Source: Psilocybe cubensis
Lineage: Eukaryota
DNA: 64,000 nt
Assembly: GCA_017499595.2 (NCBI GenBank)
Contig: CM039003.1
Span: 3,038,001-3,102,000 of the forward strand
Direction: 5' to 3'
The notes beneath the pieces are model-generated. The model ran no database searches. It was not told the origin of the DNA and was given only the letters and a program-made list of their open reading frames with translations. This document shows, piece by piece, positions 26,743 through 40,094 of this stretch. The stretch's first letter is position 1. Each line of letters begins with the position of its first letter. The position numbers and the translations under genes were made by a program.

Positions 26743-27462
26743 CACTGCGGGCTCCGATAAATGTTTGATGTCAAACATCGACAATCAAACAGATATTATG
26801 TAGGATATAGATGTTTGATGTCACGCACATATTGTGTTTGACAACAAACATGCTTCAAACATAAATTGTGTTTGAACTCTGTGTGACATCAAACACCAAA
26901 TATGTTTGAGCACTGTTTGTTAAAAAATATTAGCCTGACATAATTCCTGTTTGAATAGCTGTATGATAAGGTTCTGTAAGAGATCAACCATAAAATCCGT
27001 ATCTTATCTAACATGAATATCAAACATATTTTATGTAAGCATTCAACCAGAATATTTGTCCAAAATCAAACAATTATCAAACATCCATTTTTTCTCGAAT
27101 CTGATTGGTTCATACATATCTGTTTGGCAATCTGTTTGATTTCGGACAAATATTCTGGTTGAATGCTTACCTAAAATATGTTTGATATTCATGTTAGATG
27201 AGATACGGATTTTATGGTTGATCTCTTACAGAACCTTATCATACAGCTATTCAAACAGGAATTATGTCAGGCTAATATTTTTTAACAAACAGTGCTCAAA
27301 CATATTTGGTGTTTGATGTCACAAAGAGTTCAAACACAATTTATGTTTGAAGCATGTTTGTTGTCAAACACAATATGTGCGTGACATCAAACATCTATAT
27401 CCTACATAATATCTGTTTGATTGTTGATGTTTGACATCAAACATGTATCGGAGCCTGCAGTG
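26743..27462. mobile_element. Foldback MITE with CACTG termini (CACTA/CMC-EnSpm-like), 720 bp
   Basis: Arms 26743-27072 and 27133-27462 (330 bp each) are near-perfect inverted repeats around a 60-bp spacer. Ends are CACTG...CAGTG with a 3-bp TSD ATT. Dense TCAAACA/TGTTTGA repeats inside. Confidence 0.9.
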
Positions 27463-27840
27463 ATTCCTATTCCACAAAGTAAATCTTTTTATAAAATAGT
27501 ATAATTCTGTCACTTCCGCCTATATCCCTTTTTTTATCTAACTTTCTATTCTCCTTATAAAAACGTTATTAAACCTAGTAGATATCTTAGCGTTTGAAAG
27601 GTGAGGGTCACTCACCCGCGCTTAGCACATCGATTGCTTGCTGCTCGATAATAAATAGATTACAAAAAAAAAACAAACTTACAAATTCGCTCAGCCGTGA
27701 CATAGACCGAGTTCTGTGTCACGTTTGTTACTACACTCAGACTCAACCAACTCAAAACAAGAAAGCATCGCCAATACCACCACTGCTGGAAGCTTTATAG
27801 GTTCCATAACCGCTAACATACTGTGCATTAAAGTCAAAAA

Positions 27841-29245
27841 ATGCAGCCCAATCTCCCTCCTGAGCTCCTGGACTACATCTTCACATTCATGAGGGATGAT
27901 CACCCTTCACTCCGAAACTGCGCATTGGTCAACCACAAATTCTCCAAGCTGGTAGAACGGCACCTCTACTATCACATAACACTTAACAATAGTGAAAATT
28001 ACGTTGGCCTTGGCGAGTTGTCTCCAGCCCAAATCTCCCAGATGTTTACGGAAAAAGTGCACCTGGTCTCGCATGTCAAGTCTCTGCGGATCGTCATGGC
28101 CTCGTTAGGTATACTTCGCTGGTTTACATTGCGCTCAATGGAGGACGAGGATATGGGGAAAGCGATGCTAGTTCTATCCCAGTTAACCAAATTGTCGTTG
28201 TCTGGCCGCCAGCATGGCATTATATCCTGGAACCGATTCCACCACCTCTTTCAGTCGTCCTTTGCAAGACTGCTACTGCTGCCATCTATGACTTCGGTTT
28301 CAATACACGGAATTGAAGATTTCCCACTTCCACTGCTCAGTCAATGTAAAAACCTCAAATCTCTATCCCTGCGTGTAGTGGATGACCCAACCTTGCCTCT
28401 CCCAACAATTCCTACCTCCGAAGCAGACATTCCTAGGCTTGAGTATCTGGAGATTCTCGAGTGCACATACGCCCTGCCATTAATACTGATATGGCTTCGG
28501 TCGCAAGGGTCACCCAAGCTGTGTGACCTGAGGGTGCTACGCATTATGATCCAACGCCTCGGAGATATCTCCTACATTCAAGATTTTCTGTCCGCAGATT
28601 GTGCCCAATCTCTGAAGTGCTTGTATGTAGGTGCCAACGATATAGGTACGTTTCAGCCTTAACTAATACTCAGTCCCATGCAATCTTATTTTCCTGTCAG
28701 CGCGCACAACATACAATGCCATCGGTGAAATCATATACCCACCTGACTCTGCCCCTCATCGAATTCTTGATCTTTCCTGCCTGCCCAATCTCCGCTCCCT
28801 AACACTTGAAGCAAGCGTCAAATCTACAGCCACGTACTGGATAAGCAGCAATGGGGAAGAAGACACGGAGACTTACAACTTACAAACACCCATACCGTGG
28901 ATTGTGGAGCACCTCCGCACGCTGTTCTCCGGATCTTCTCATCATGCGCAGAGCCTGGAGCGCATCATCCTCGAGCTTTCATTCGAGGTCGACAAACACG
29001 CGCTGACGAGGCTGGATTGGGGCCCCTTGGCGAGCGTGCTAAAGGCGTCGCAAATGTGGTCGCTACGCACAGTGCAGATCCAGGTTGTTGGATGCGAGCC
29101 CACGGGCGTGACGTTGGAGACGTTGGAATTTGGATTGCGCCAGGACAAATATCTTTCAGAGATGGTCAAAAGTGGGCTTTTGGCGATCGATACGACGCAC
29201 TGTCCTAAAGAGGCGGCACCAGTCAAGGCGTGGTGGGGAGTTTGA
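27841..29245 (+). CDS. F-box / LRR-like protein, paralog B
   Basis: MQPNLPPELLDYIFTFM...LRNCALVNHKFSKLVERHLY. Collinear with paralog A, including the single phase-1 intron. Confidence 0.8.
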
Positions 29246-30067
29246 GGTGTGTTTGTGCATCTTGATTTTAGAGCTCAATATCTTTATTACCAACACATTC
29301 AATGTATCTACCTTGCAACTCAAGTGTTCTAGGGAACTACAGCTGAATATGTTAATCCAATCATAACAGTCGACTGACATGACAGACTGCCGGTTGCGCC
29401 GTAATTGGGCGCTCAGAGTCAGACATCCGTCCGGTGACATCGTGACCCATCCAAAGTCGTCGCCGGTTGGCGGATAGGCGCTGCACTCATATAGACAGCC
29501 ACCCCGTGATATTCTTATGCCACTCATGGGAGATCTCAGTAAGCGACCTCTATTATCACGCTGTAATCCAAGGTCTGATGCGCCCATTGAAGAAGACATC
29601 TCGAACATTCAATATTCATCGCCGAGCAATGATAATCAGCACCGCGAACGTCTTAGTTGGCAGCGTTTATCAGTTACTTGTCATCTATGCCGTGTGTTAG
29701 CACTGCACTCAGATATGCCTAGCTCCATTCATTTTAGAGGAAAATCAAGAGCTGCTTAACGCTATGATTTTGGGTGCCGCAAATCGCGACTTTTGTGCTC
29801 TGGAGCCATCCCATGAGATGGTGAAAGCAAAAATCTGCATCGCCTCTAGGATTTGATGTTCTCTGCTCATGACGTATCCATGATGTCTGGAAGAGCGATT
29901 AGCAGCCGCCAACGTCCACGCCAACCTTTGCGTCAAAATTCTGTCTATCTAATTTTAGATCGTGTTCGTTGCTTATTACAAAAACTGGAGCCCAACTTCG
30001 ATGCCCAGTTTTCACCCTCAGCTCCCTTATATATTTCTTTACTGGCTTGACCACCTAGTGGCTTAAG

Positions 30068-31208
30068 ATGAGTTACTTTTATGTGTACCGAAACATAATT
30101 TTGGGTGAGTCTGCAATCATCTCGCCTCTTTTGACCTGTATCTTTTCTTACATTCTCTTGATAGGACTATGCCTTCTATTGACCATTCCCGTGCTTGGTT
30201 TGACTGCGCATTGGACACAGGGATCAAACCTCGATCACACCGCGTATTCATTTGAAGGAATGAGTCTCTTTATTAGCGCCTTTTCGTTCATCATCATGCC
30301 GGTCATGTAAACCTAAACCACGTTCTATGCCGTGGATTTCATCTTACTTTACCCATCTCGCCCAGGCTGATCTTACCTGAGTTTCGGAAGAATGCTTTCT
30401 TTTTGTACATTGTTTCCGAGATGGTCATTGTTCGTAAGTTTGTAATGGACCATTGTATGGCTTTTAAATGCTTATAAGTTCTCTTGTAGTTTTACTTTGG
30501 GTTCTTTGGATGACGGCTGCAATCCTGGTGATAGAACAAAGACAGGACTTCTATCCTCTCGATAACTGCCAATTCCTCGCTCGTGAGTACCTTCTCTTCA
30601 ATATTTAATTGTACTTCAATAACATAAAGTAAAATCTTTCAGCTAATCAGTTGCACTGGTGTAACGAGTTGTTTGCAATTCAAGGGCTCACTATCACGAT
30701 CTTTGTGCTTCGTATGTTTGATCATCCTGCTTACTGGATTGTGCTGAACATGGTCGGAACAGTGATTAAATACCTCCTCATACTATTGATTTTCTCTTTC
30801 GTCAACCATTCTCGGGGTGTTTATGTCTGGACGAGCTCAGTCAAAGACCTGCAGCTTACACTTCCCAAGATCCAGATGACGCACAGCTCCGATGTTGATG
30901 CAATGGGAAACCCCATCAAAAAGGAGGCCTCTTTATTCGGTGCCCCAGCGACATACCCTCCTGCGCCACAGAACACCTATCCGCCACCTTCCACCACCGC
31001 TCCTTATAATCAACCACAATATTCTGGCTCATCTGCGCAGCTGACGCCACAGAGGACAGGGGAACCCAATCAGCTGAATCAGTCCGTCAGTTATTCACGA
31101 CCCCAGCCGAACACTGGAAGACCAGTGGTCGCTCCTGCCCAGCAGTCTATGTACGCTCATTACAACCCTCCTTCTACCACTACGGTCCCCTCGGCCCCTC
31201 AGGTTTGA
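30068..31208 (+). CDS. MARVEL-like four-TM membrane protein with a Pro/Gln-rich C-terminal tail
   Basis: Multi-exon, with four hydrophobic segments (LCLLLTIPVLGLTAHW, MSLFISAFSFII, LLWVLWMTAA, LTITIFVL...LLILLIFSF) and a low-complexity tail ending PQV. Confidence 0.6.
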
Positions 31209-32041
31209 GTCGGCTTCTAGAGAAGGTGTACCGATTACTCCAAATTATTTATTATCACTAGACTGTAATCGCCAGTTAATAGCATGTGTAAACTATCTTC
31301 AAGTTTACTTTTTCAGTTTCTGCTTTACCACCGCAATGGGAATTTAAAGAATCAAGCTCAAGCTCTAGTTTATCTGAAATAATACGTTCACCTTTGCAGT
31401 AACAATCTAAAAGCACTTTGATTTTTAGGGGCAGTCTCTGCCCGAAGAATCGGTGCAGTCAAAGTTTATGACGTCACCCAGTTGACAAAGTTACAAAATA
31501 CAAACCATGCCAAGGAAAGGAAGATCTCTCACTGGGAAGTTGCTTGTGCCTTGGCGTCTAACTTGTTCTTGACTCTTATGCTGAATGGCGATCCTGCCCT
31601 ACAGACTCTTTCTTACCTTCATATACGTTGTATGTTGAATCAAAATAGTTCGTGTTCCACCTTTCCATTATAATAAAACTCAAGTTGACTTACGAACACC
31701 ACTGATATGTCACCAAGGAAAAGTTCACAATTCGACTCCTTGAGTGTCCTTGGTAGAGTCTGCCAAGGTCGAACTGTGTTTATCATATTCCCCCTTCAAT
31801 AAGCGCAGTCGTAATCACAGTTTCATAACAACGATACAGAGTAACATAATAGACTTACCGCCCCAATGACAATATGGTTGGTCCCAGCTCTACCTCCTCT
31901 TACCCCCTCGTTAACGTTCATCTTCACTCATTTTAATTTTTCATTTTTTTAGATACACTGACCCTCTTTTATTAATATCTTTCTTACTATCTTTGCAATA
32001 CATACTTTTTTCTTCCCTTCTTGTCCCCTATCTCGAGTTCC

Positions 32042-33234
32042 ATGAGATTTTTTTTTCTTTCACTGCTGCTGGCATCAGCTGTTCGAGCGGGATTGGCACA
32101 AAACTACACGTACGTCTGGCATTCATTGGTGCTCCTGGGATGCTTGCTGAATTCTTATACTCAGTAACTATAATCCATGTGGCACGATAGTAACGGAAAC
32201 CGACATATCTAACGCGGAAGTGGCACTGTCGAGGCTGAACAAATTTCCACGCCAAAGTACAGATACAGAGTACACCTTTGATGTCCATTTTCATATCATT
32301 GCAGCAAACATGACAGAAAGAGGCGGTTGGGTACCGTATGTATTGGTTCTAGCCTCTTGTTTCCATGCCTTTAATCTGACGAATCAACCTCCCTTTAGAC
32401 AAAAACAAATTGACAATCAAATGACGTTTCTCAACGATCGCTATGAGGGAACTGGAATCCGTTTTCAGATGGTCGGTGTTACTCGTGTATTGAACCGGCA
32501 TTGGTTTGAGACCGTCGACATTGGTCTGTGAGTTATTTATCGTCGTTCAATCGTCTGAGTAGTTTTTAATTACGTACATTAGAGAAGAAACTGCTCATAT
32601 GCATAGGGTATTTCGTCGAGGACGTTCAACAGTTCTTAATGTGTACACAGTCGGGTTTGTTGAATTATCATCTTTCTCGCGATGCATTATTCTAAATCCC
32701 ATCCACCGCTCTAGATTCTATGGCGCTGGATTGAATGGATACGCGACACTACCGGTAAACTATCGCTTTTATCCAAAGGAGGACGGCGTTGTGCTCCTCT
32801 ATGCTACCCTTCCAGGCGGCGCTAGCCGTGAACGACAGGGAGGAACTCTTGTGCATGAAGTTGGACATTGGCTTGGCCTCAGACACACCTTCCAGGTGAA
32901 CCAATGAAATTTCTGCTGCTTGAAGATTATTGAAGATATCTTTCTGCTCCTTCCAGGGCGGTTGCACAGGAGACGGGGATGGAGTAGACGATACACCGGC
33001 ACAAGCAGAGCCGCATTTCGGATGCCCACGAGGCGTGGATTCGTGCCCTGGAGGTGGCGAGGATCCCATACGTGAGTTCCATCCAGAATTTTCTGTAACA
33101 CCTCACTCATTCTTTGATTTATAGATAATTATATGGGTTACACCAGTGAAGCATGCCGTACGGAGTTCACGGCGGGACAGATATCTTTGATGCACAAAGC
33201 TATTGAGGTCTGGCGCAGAGACCCATCTATATGA
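32042..33234 (+). CDS. Secreted M43B (ulilysin/pappalysin-like) zinc metalloprotease
   Basis: Signal-like MRFFFLSLLLASAV, metzincin motif HEVGHWLGLRHTFQGGC, GDGVDDTP, DSCPG, and Met-turn NYMGY...FTAGQ. Confidence 0.88.
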
Positions 33235-33608
33235 TGTATGATGTTGCCTAAGTTCCATCTACGATATCACTCGCGTATGTATGATATATAGTACCACGAT
33301 AAGTAAGTTCACATCTTGTCTGGCCCCTATCTCGGTTCCCAAGTTGTGTATTTTCATTCATTCCTCTATTGCAGAATTGCGAACATCAATGTGGCTCCCG
33401 AAATAGAGGCATAACTTTATGTGTAGCTAAGTCAGGATCTCAACATGCGCTACAGATTTTGAAGACACCTGGTCGATCTGCCAAGTATATTTCAATCCAC
33501 CTCAATATCGAAAGAACATCACTTCCATTAGCTGAATTGAGTTGCCGCCGCATAACTCAGCTTTAAAAGCTTGTCCTTGTTGGACGGTGGATTCTGGACT
33601 ACCGTAAA

Positions 33609-34826
33609 CTACAGAGTCAGGCAAGCAACCATCACTGCGAAGGCAGCTAACATCCCTTTTGCGTTTACCTTGAAGTCAACAAACCCTGCTGATCCCATGG
33701 TTGCGTTGGCCGAGGAATTTGGAGAGCTGTTCGTGCCTGAACTCGGTCCTGCCATGGAAGGCGATGATCCATTGGACCCAATTGTTGGTCCGGTGGAGGA
33801 TCCTGTGTTATTTCCTCCAGGGAGTGATAATACGCTGTTATACCGTTAATGTAAGCAGATTCCCAACGGCCTGAAATTTATTCTTTACTCACGTATCAAT
33901 GACGTGGACGACCCCGTTCCCTACGATAACATCTGCCATGACGACGTTGGCATTGTTCACCTTGACAGAACCCCCATCAACCACAACATTCACTTGTTGG
34001 CCCTCCAACGTTGGCAAATTCCCGGTTTTAAGAGCGCTGCTATATCCCAGTGCTGGAACCACGTGGTATTCCAGGATTGACGCAAGTTGATTGGTGGTTA
34101 GGCCTTTAACAGTATCAGCGATAGCCGCAAAGGCCGCGTCGGTAGGTGCAAATACAGTTATGTTGGGAGTGCTATCAACAGCTGAGAGCAATCCTGCCGA
34201 AGTTACAGCAGATGCAAGCTGTGAAAGGTTACTGGCCATAGCCGTAGTGGAGATATTTGGAGGGATTGTCAGAACCGTATCAATTACATGGATAAAACCT
34301 CCGTTGAACTGCAAGTCCTAAAGTTCGTGGTAGAACGGTTAGAAAAACGAAGAAGATCCCGAACTTGACGCAGACTTACAGGAGTAGTGACGGTGGATTT
34401 ACTTTTCAGCCCGCTGAAAACATTGACTGCTCCATTCTGTGCGACAACCTCGACGACCTGGCCACCAGTAACACCCGTGTATGTTGTATTGGTCAAAAAA
34501 GTGTTCGGAAAGACCGGTGTCGAAGTGAAAGACGACGAATGGAACGCCCCGTTTATAACATGGTATTCCAACAAAGCAGCCACGACATCTAGCTGCGCTG
34601 ATGCTTGCATTCCACCAGGGGTGCTGAGGAACTGATTAAAAGCATCGTTGTGAGGAGCAAGCAAAGTGATGTTCTGAGCGCTGCTCAGTGTGCTGACCAA
34701 ACCTGGCTGAGCATTGAGAAGAAGAGCCAGCATGCTAAGCTGTGCCTGCCCACCCACAGCATCGATGATGCTTTGGGCAGAGACAGAGACGCCAAGAAGA
34801 ATAGGAACAGCTAAACTAATGTGCAT
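33609..34826 (-). CDS. Secreted, probably GPI-anchored, two-domain fasciclin (FAS1) protein
   Basis: Signal peptide. Two FAS1 repeats (ITLLAPHNDAF...LLEYHVI...GFIHVIDTVL and ITVFAPTDAAF...ILEYHVV...GVVHVID). Ser/Gly linker and a hydrophobic C-terminus. Confidence 0.9.
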
Positions 34827-35550
34827 GATCTTGTTGGGCAATGAAGTCGATGGCACAATTAAGGTCGAGTACTCAGTACTACGATTTTGGCCAAGGAGGT
34901 GACGAGAGCGTACAGAACAAAAGGAATCTCCAAGGTTTTATACCAAGAAAGCAAGCAAGCCACATTTCAAATAAGAATACCGTTGCTCACCATACTATGT
35001 TGTAGTTTCACAGCAACGTTGGTCTCCTGGTAATCCTACTCGGAAACGAAATTGTGCTGTGGCATCCAGCTCCTGAAGTAGATACAAGTTTCCCATCAAG
35101 GTAAACACACGCTTTCAACTTTGAGCAAGGCGATGCCAAATCACGAAGAATCTAAGAAGACTCAGAGATCGAGTCCCTTCCACGACTGGAAACAGAAAAT
35201 AGCGGTTGTGGTTGGAGAACAGCCGCAGTACTCGTCACCGTAATAATCTATTTCAAGCTTCTCTGGGTAGCAGTTCCTGCCATGGCAGTCAATAAAAAAC
35301 CATTTTTGACACTGTGATGCTGGTATCGAAGTAGGCTCTATTCTCCACATCTGGTTTCCGTTTGGGATATAATTAATTAACTGGCAAAAGGATGACATTG
35401 TAATAGTAGAAACATGCGATTCTAGCTGATATACTTGGTTAACAATTAGTTGGTCCCGAACGATGATTACAAAAACGAAATCATGCTATGTATGATACAC
35501 TGGGAATGCTGAAAAAATGGGGATATAGAGATGGTATCCAGACCAATGGT

Positions 35551-37395
35551 TCAATGAGGCCTAAGAATTAGATTGCTAACCTGTTTCTGGAGAAGTGCCG
35601 CACTGCTGTAGGGCCCTTTAAGGTTTGAGGGGCTTGAAATCGACAAAGTGTCCAATGCCTGGCAGAATTTTGCTCTCCTGGCTAGACTGGCACAAAAGGC
35701 CTGGTCTGATATACATGTCCGGTAATTATTTGACACATGGAGGAAACAGAGCTGCGGGAACAAGGAAGTCGGAGGAGATTCGGCCGCCATTCTCTTCCTC
35801 TTGACCTGAGCTTCATCTATCGGTGGACTCAAGTTCCGCAAAAGAGACTCCAACACGGGTGGATTCGTATACAGTTTTTGTAACAGAGGCTGCTGCCCGA
35901 AAACATCGAGAAAATACGTGTCCCCGACTGTGAACAAACTTGAGATGTTTCCGTCGTCCCGAACTCGCAGAGTCAATACAGACAGTCTCATGTGGCGTTG
36001 AAAGATATGGCATATGTCAGAAAGAAAGGCGGGTGCATCCCGGCAAACGCTTTCCAAAGGCTTATTGTATGGAAACCATGGAAGTTCAATGTTTATCAGA
36101 CTATCGTTCATGTTCACTGGATCATTATCGGATGCGAATTTCGGACAAGTAATTGGCGTGTCAGCGTATATTTGGAGCTTCAGGGAATGGGCATAGACAC
36201 TCCCTGAACCATCATGGTTGAGAAATTGACGACTAGAGAATTCCATTACCATGGTGTGGATACTAAGCTCGGCATCCAGTAGAAGTGTATTGAATGGCCA
36301 ACAGATATGCTTGAGGCGCGAGATGATCATTACCAGATATGGTATGTTGGTACGCTCTGGACATCTAGAGCTCCTAAGCCGAATCTGAGTCTTCTGTGGG
36401 ACGGTAATGTTGTCCAGCAAGAAGTGGAGAGAATCAACACCAGAGTCAAGTATAAGAACGCGCAACGTGTCGGCAAGACAGGTCCGTTGACGTTCCAAGT
36501 GAGAAAATGCCACAGGGGGGTCGCCAACGCGACGTGGAAGAGCATCTCCTACTAGATGCAGAAGTTGTAAGGTTTCTAAAGAGGCAATAGCCTGAAAGAA
36601 TTCTGAAGCCAATGGTTTGCTGATATGGTCGCCATGCATGATTTTGAGGTGAGTCAAACCAGCCAGTTTGAGATCAGGAGCATTCCATTTAAGAGGAAAA
36701 TCAATTTCAAGGACTTTCAGATCCGGCGTACGAGATAGAAATGCTGCAAGAAGGTCAACATCCGCAAGAGCGGATAAACCAGAGACCGAACAAGCAAGTC
36801 GCAGACAACACAAATTAGACGGCAAAGTTGTTGCAGGAATGACGTGAGGATTAAGTACCCGGGACAGAATATCGTATCCAGAAACATCGATCTCCCTGAG
36901 ACGATGTAAGTGTTCGTAGAAGAAAAGGCCGCACAGTGCTATGCTTTCATCTCCGATGGAGTCGCGGAAGACAAGGTTTCGTCCATCTGAGCGTGCCATT
37001 ATCAGGTCTCTTTCCAGCAAAAAGTACCTGAAAGAGAAATGGGACCAGAGCTCCTTTAGATTTTTGCCTACTTCTCTCCATCTCTTCGAAACGTGTATCA
37101 GCTTTATCCACTCTAGTGGCATGAGGTAGTCCCTTGGGGGCTTTGGATGGTCGATGCACGTCTGCTCGTATAGGTCTGTCTCCGGCCCTTGAATGCTTCT
37201 TTGATAAAGCAAAAAGATTTTGCTCAGAAGCTCTGGAGGAAGATAAGCTATGGGTGACGAATTTATGCTGTAGATTTTCAATCCTTGTGGCACTTCCTCG
37301 GAATCTTGAAACCTTGCAACGTCTCGCAAACTTTCGTCCGCGTCGTAAAGCCCTGGGCAAAGTAGCACAGGAGTGGGGTTCATTTTGTGGATCAT
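35551..37395 (-). CDS. F-box / LRR-like protein of the basidiomycete-expanded type
   Basis: Uninterrupted 614-aa ORF with SPIAYLPPELLSKIF...WIKLIHVSKRWREV...LWS followed by LxxLxL repeats. Confidence 0.8.
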   Translation of the reverse strand: MIHKMNPTPVLLCPGLYDADESLRDVARFQDSEEVPQGLKIYSINSSPIAYLPPELLSKIFLLYQRSIQGPETDLYEQTCIDHPKPPRDYLMPLEWIKLIHVSKRWREVGKNLKELWSHFSFRYFLLERDLIMARSDGRNLVFRDSIGDESIALCGLFFYEHLHRLREIDVSGYDILSRVLNPHVIPATTLPSNLCCLRLACSVSGLSALADVDLLAAFLSRTPDLKVLEIDFPLKWNAPDLKLAGLTHLKIMHGDHISKPLASEFFQAIASLETLQLLHLVGDALPRRVGDPPVAFSHLERQRTCLADTLRVLILDSGVDSLHFLLDNITVPQKTQIRLRSSRCPERTNIPYLVMIISRLKHICWPFNTLLLDAELSIHTMVMEFSSRQFLNHDGSGSVYAHSLKLQIYADTPITCPKFASDNDPVNMNDSLINIELPWFPYNKPLESVCRDAPAFLSDICHIFQRHMRLSVLTLRVRDDGNISSLFTVGDTYFLDVFGQQPLLQKLYTNPPVLESLLRNLSPPIDEAQVKRKRMAAESPPTSLFPQLCFLHVSNNYRTCISDQAFCASLARRAKFCQALDTLSISSPSNLKGPYSSAALLQKQVSNLILRPH

Positions 37396-38649
37396 GACAG
37401 CCAGCTATGCCGTGAATCAGCATCACTCCTCAATTACAATTGTCTATTTCCTACCTGTCGAATGTCCAGTGCAAACGTTGGTGAAAGTTGAATGAAAGAA
37501 CAATTGGACTGAAAGAAACAAAGAAAGATGTGCAATTGATCTCCGCTTCAATGATTTATATAGACATGTATGATCGGCATGCATCGGAGTTATAAATCGG
37601 CCAAATCTTCCCAGGACTCCAGTCTCCGAGGCTCCATACGCCGTACGGTATACCAAACCAGCATCGATTGTCCGCTGGACTTTTCGCCAGAAGTTAGAAC
37701 TTGCCATAAAGCAACTCTCGTAAACGAGTTTCTGAAGGCCGCAAGTCAAAAATAGCAAATACGAATATTTTTAGAATGGTCGCCAACGTATTACTCTCAA
37801 CTAACAATCACAGATCAGGAGCTGGTCAGAACTCCAAAAAGTGAAGGATACGATGATGGTTGTGTTGCATGGCATTCAGGACCAGGCTGACTCCATCAAT
37901 GGGGAGGAATTTGAGAATTCTCACGTCGTACTTTGTCAGAGGGCGTTTAATCTTGTTTATTCCTTTGTGAAATTCAGAGTATGATGCAAATCCACGTAAG
38001 TACTAGCAGCGTTGAAAGTCTGGGGTCTGAATTGAATTTGGGGTGACTGACCGGATGGATACGTTCTTTTGAAATGTCATGGTTTCGAATTACTTATCGC
38101 TGCCTTCTCTGTGTTATGGGGCTCTAGTGGCAAAAAATGATCTGAATGACAGCCCCTGTCGCCGTCATGAACAAATCGTGAACCATGTAACAAGATGGCA
38201 GAGAACACTCATTTTCGACGTTCAACAGCGTTCAACTGACGAAAGCTTTCAGGAAAATAAACATGAAGGATCAAAGAATTTGGGTTGATCAGGAGACCGC
38301 TTAATCTGTCGCCAGCCGGCTCGTCGTTGATCAAATCGCGCCACACGTGGTACCCTCTCTCACAGTCTTGGGACCAAGTTATATCATTTCAATTCATTAC
38401 CTTCTTTACAGTCGTTTGTGGTTTCTGGTGTTCGCGTTTTTCCCCGTTCTCTCTTTCGCTCCCCCTTTCTTCTGTGGTCTCTCGCTAGTTTTGAACGCCG
38501 TCAATCACCAGCACTAACCTTGACAAAATTCCATTCCTTTCAAATTCACATTCTTTCTTTCTCTATATACCCCTTCAACCGCATTAACCAGTAGCACCCA
38601 CACTTCCCTCCTATTACAAAAGGAATATTCTTGATTTCACGCATTCACA

Positions 38650-40094
38650 ATGTCAAAGCCCCCGCTAGCAGGCAAACCACCGTTCGCAACAGACGAACCC
38701 GACTCGTTCTACGAAACCCCTCCGATAACCCCTCCCCAACGTATTCGTGCACAAATGGTCCAACCAGCGACCACTGCCAACAGCGCGGAGCGAAACAAGC
38801 GCACGTCTGCTTATGACATGTGAGTTGCTTGATATCACCCTCAAACAGAAGTACTGACCCCGGTAGCAGATACGAGGACTACATTCCGGGATCCAGCTCT
38901 TCTGGCACAGACAAAGCGAAATCGAATTCTGACCTCAATCCCTTTGCAACGCCCCAGGACGCAGCAGCGAACCGCAATTCAAGCGTTGGCGCTATGCTTA
39001 TGAATATGGATGACATGGACGACGACTCGGACGATGAAGATTTTGGGAGGAGACCTGCGCCGTCTGCGCTTTCCAGTAGTAATAGCGATATGAGCAAGAA
39101 CGCTGCTTTAGCTGCCGCCGTGACAACAAGTGCAAAAGTGCGGGTAGGGCCGAGTCAGCCTACACCTGCTCCTCCTCCTCCTGCCTCCCCTCCTCAATCT
39201 CAGCAACCGCAAAGAGGTCCACACCCAATAGCCGCTCCTCAGCCTGGATACCCTGCTCCTATTGCTGCCCTTAACCTCGCAGAATCCTTCGCAGAAAAGC
39301 AGAACCCACCTCAAATGCGTCAAATACCCATTCCTCCTCCCCTGCGCATCAACCCCAACATACAGAACCCATTTGAGCCACAGAATCCGTTCAGCGGTGG
39401 TATGCCGTCTCCATTTGTTCGGCCAGAGTCCACGTCCCCCCACCCTCTCTTGCCTCCCGTGACACCCATTACCCCTGTCTTTATCCGACCCAAAGCAGTT
39501 GTTCCGCCGCCTGCAGCGATCAAATTTGACGAATCATCGCTACATGATCCGGCAGGTGTTCGCGGGATGCCACGCCCACCGAAGGCTATCATGCGCAGTG
39601 ATGCAGAAGAGACGCCGCTTCGCTCACGTGGAGAGAAAGGCGACGACTTCTGGAGGCGCTTCTCGATGGTCGCCAAGCTTGAGCAGACAAAAAACGGCCC
39701 TGGCCAACGCAAAAGCTCCTGGTTGTCGCGTACCCAGAGCCAAAAAGACCAGTACTCGCGCTGGGTGTGGATTGTTGGCATCACGCTGCTGCTTATCATC
39801 ATCGGCGCTGTTGGATGCGGTGTATACTTTACGCGGAACAGCCCCGACCATCAACAACCAAAGGTGTTTGGCGGCTCGGCGGACCAGGCGGCAACGTACA
39901 CGACCAGCGCGACAGGCAAAGTGACAGTTGGGCCTGGAGGGACGAGCACGATTTTGCATGTCAGCCCGACGCACGTTGTGGACAGGAGAGGTCCTGAGCC
40001 GACCTTGGCGCCAGTAGTTTCGACTGTGGGGAAGAGGATGCACATCGGCACCAACGCCAACGCGAAGCGACGGTTGGATAGCAGCATCTGGTAA
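38650..40094 (+). CDS. Proline-rich single-pass membrane protein of unknown function
   Basis: ATG at 38650 (MSKPPLAGKPPFATDEPD), one intron near 38820-38869, DDFWRRFSMV motif and a TM segment WVWIVGITLLLIIIGAVGCGVYF. Confidence 0.75.
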
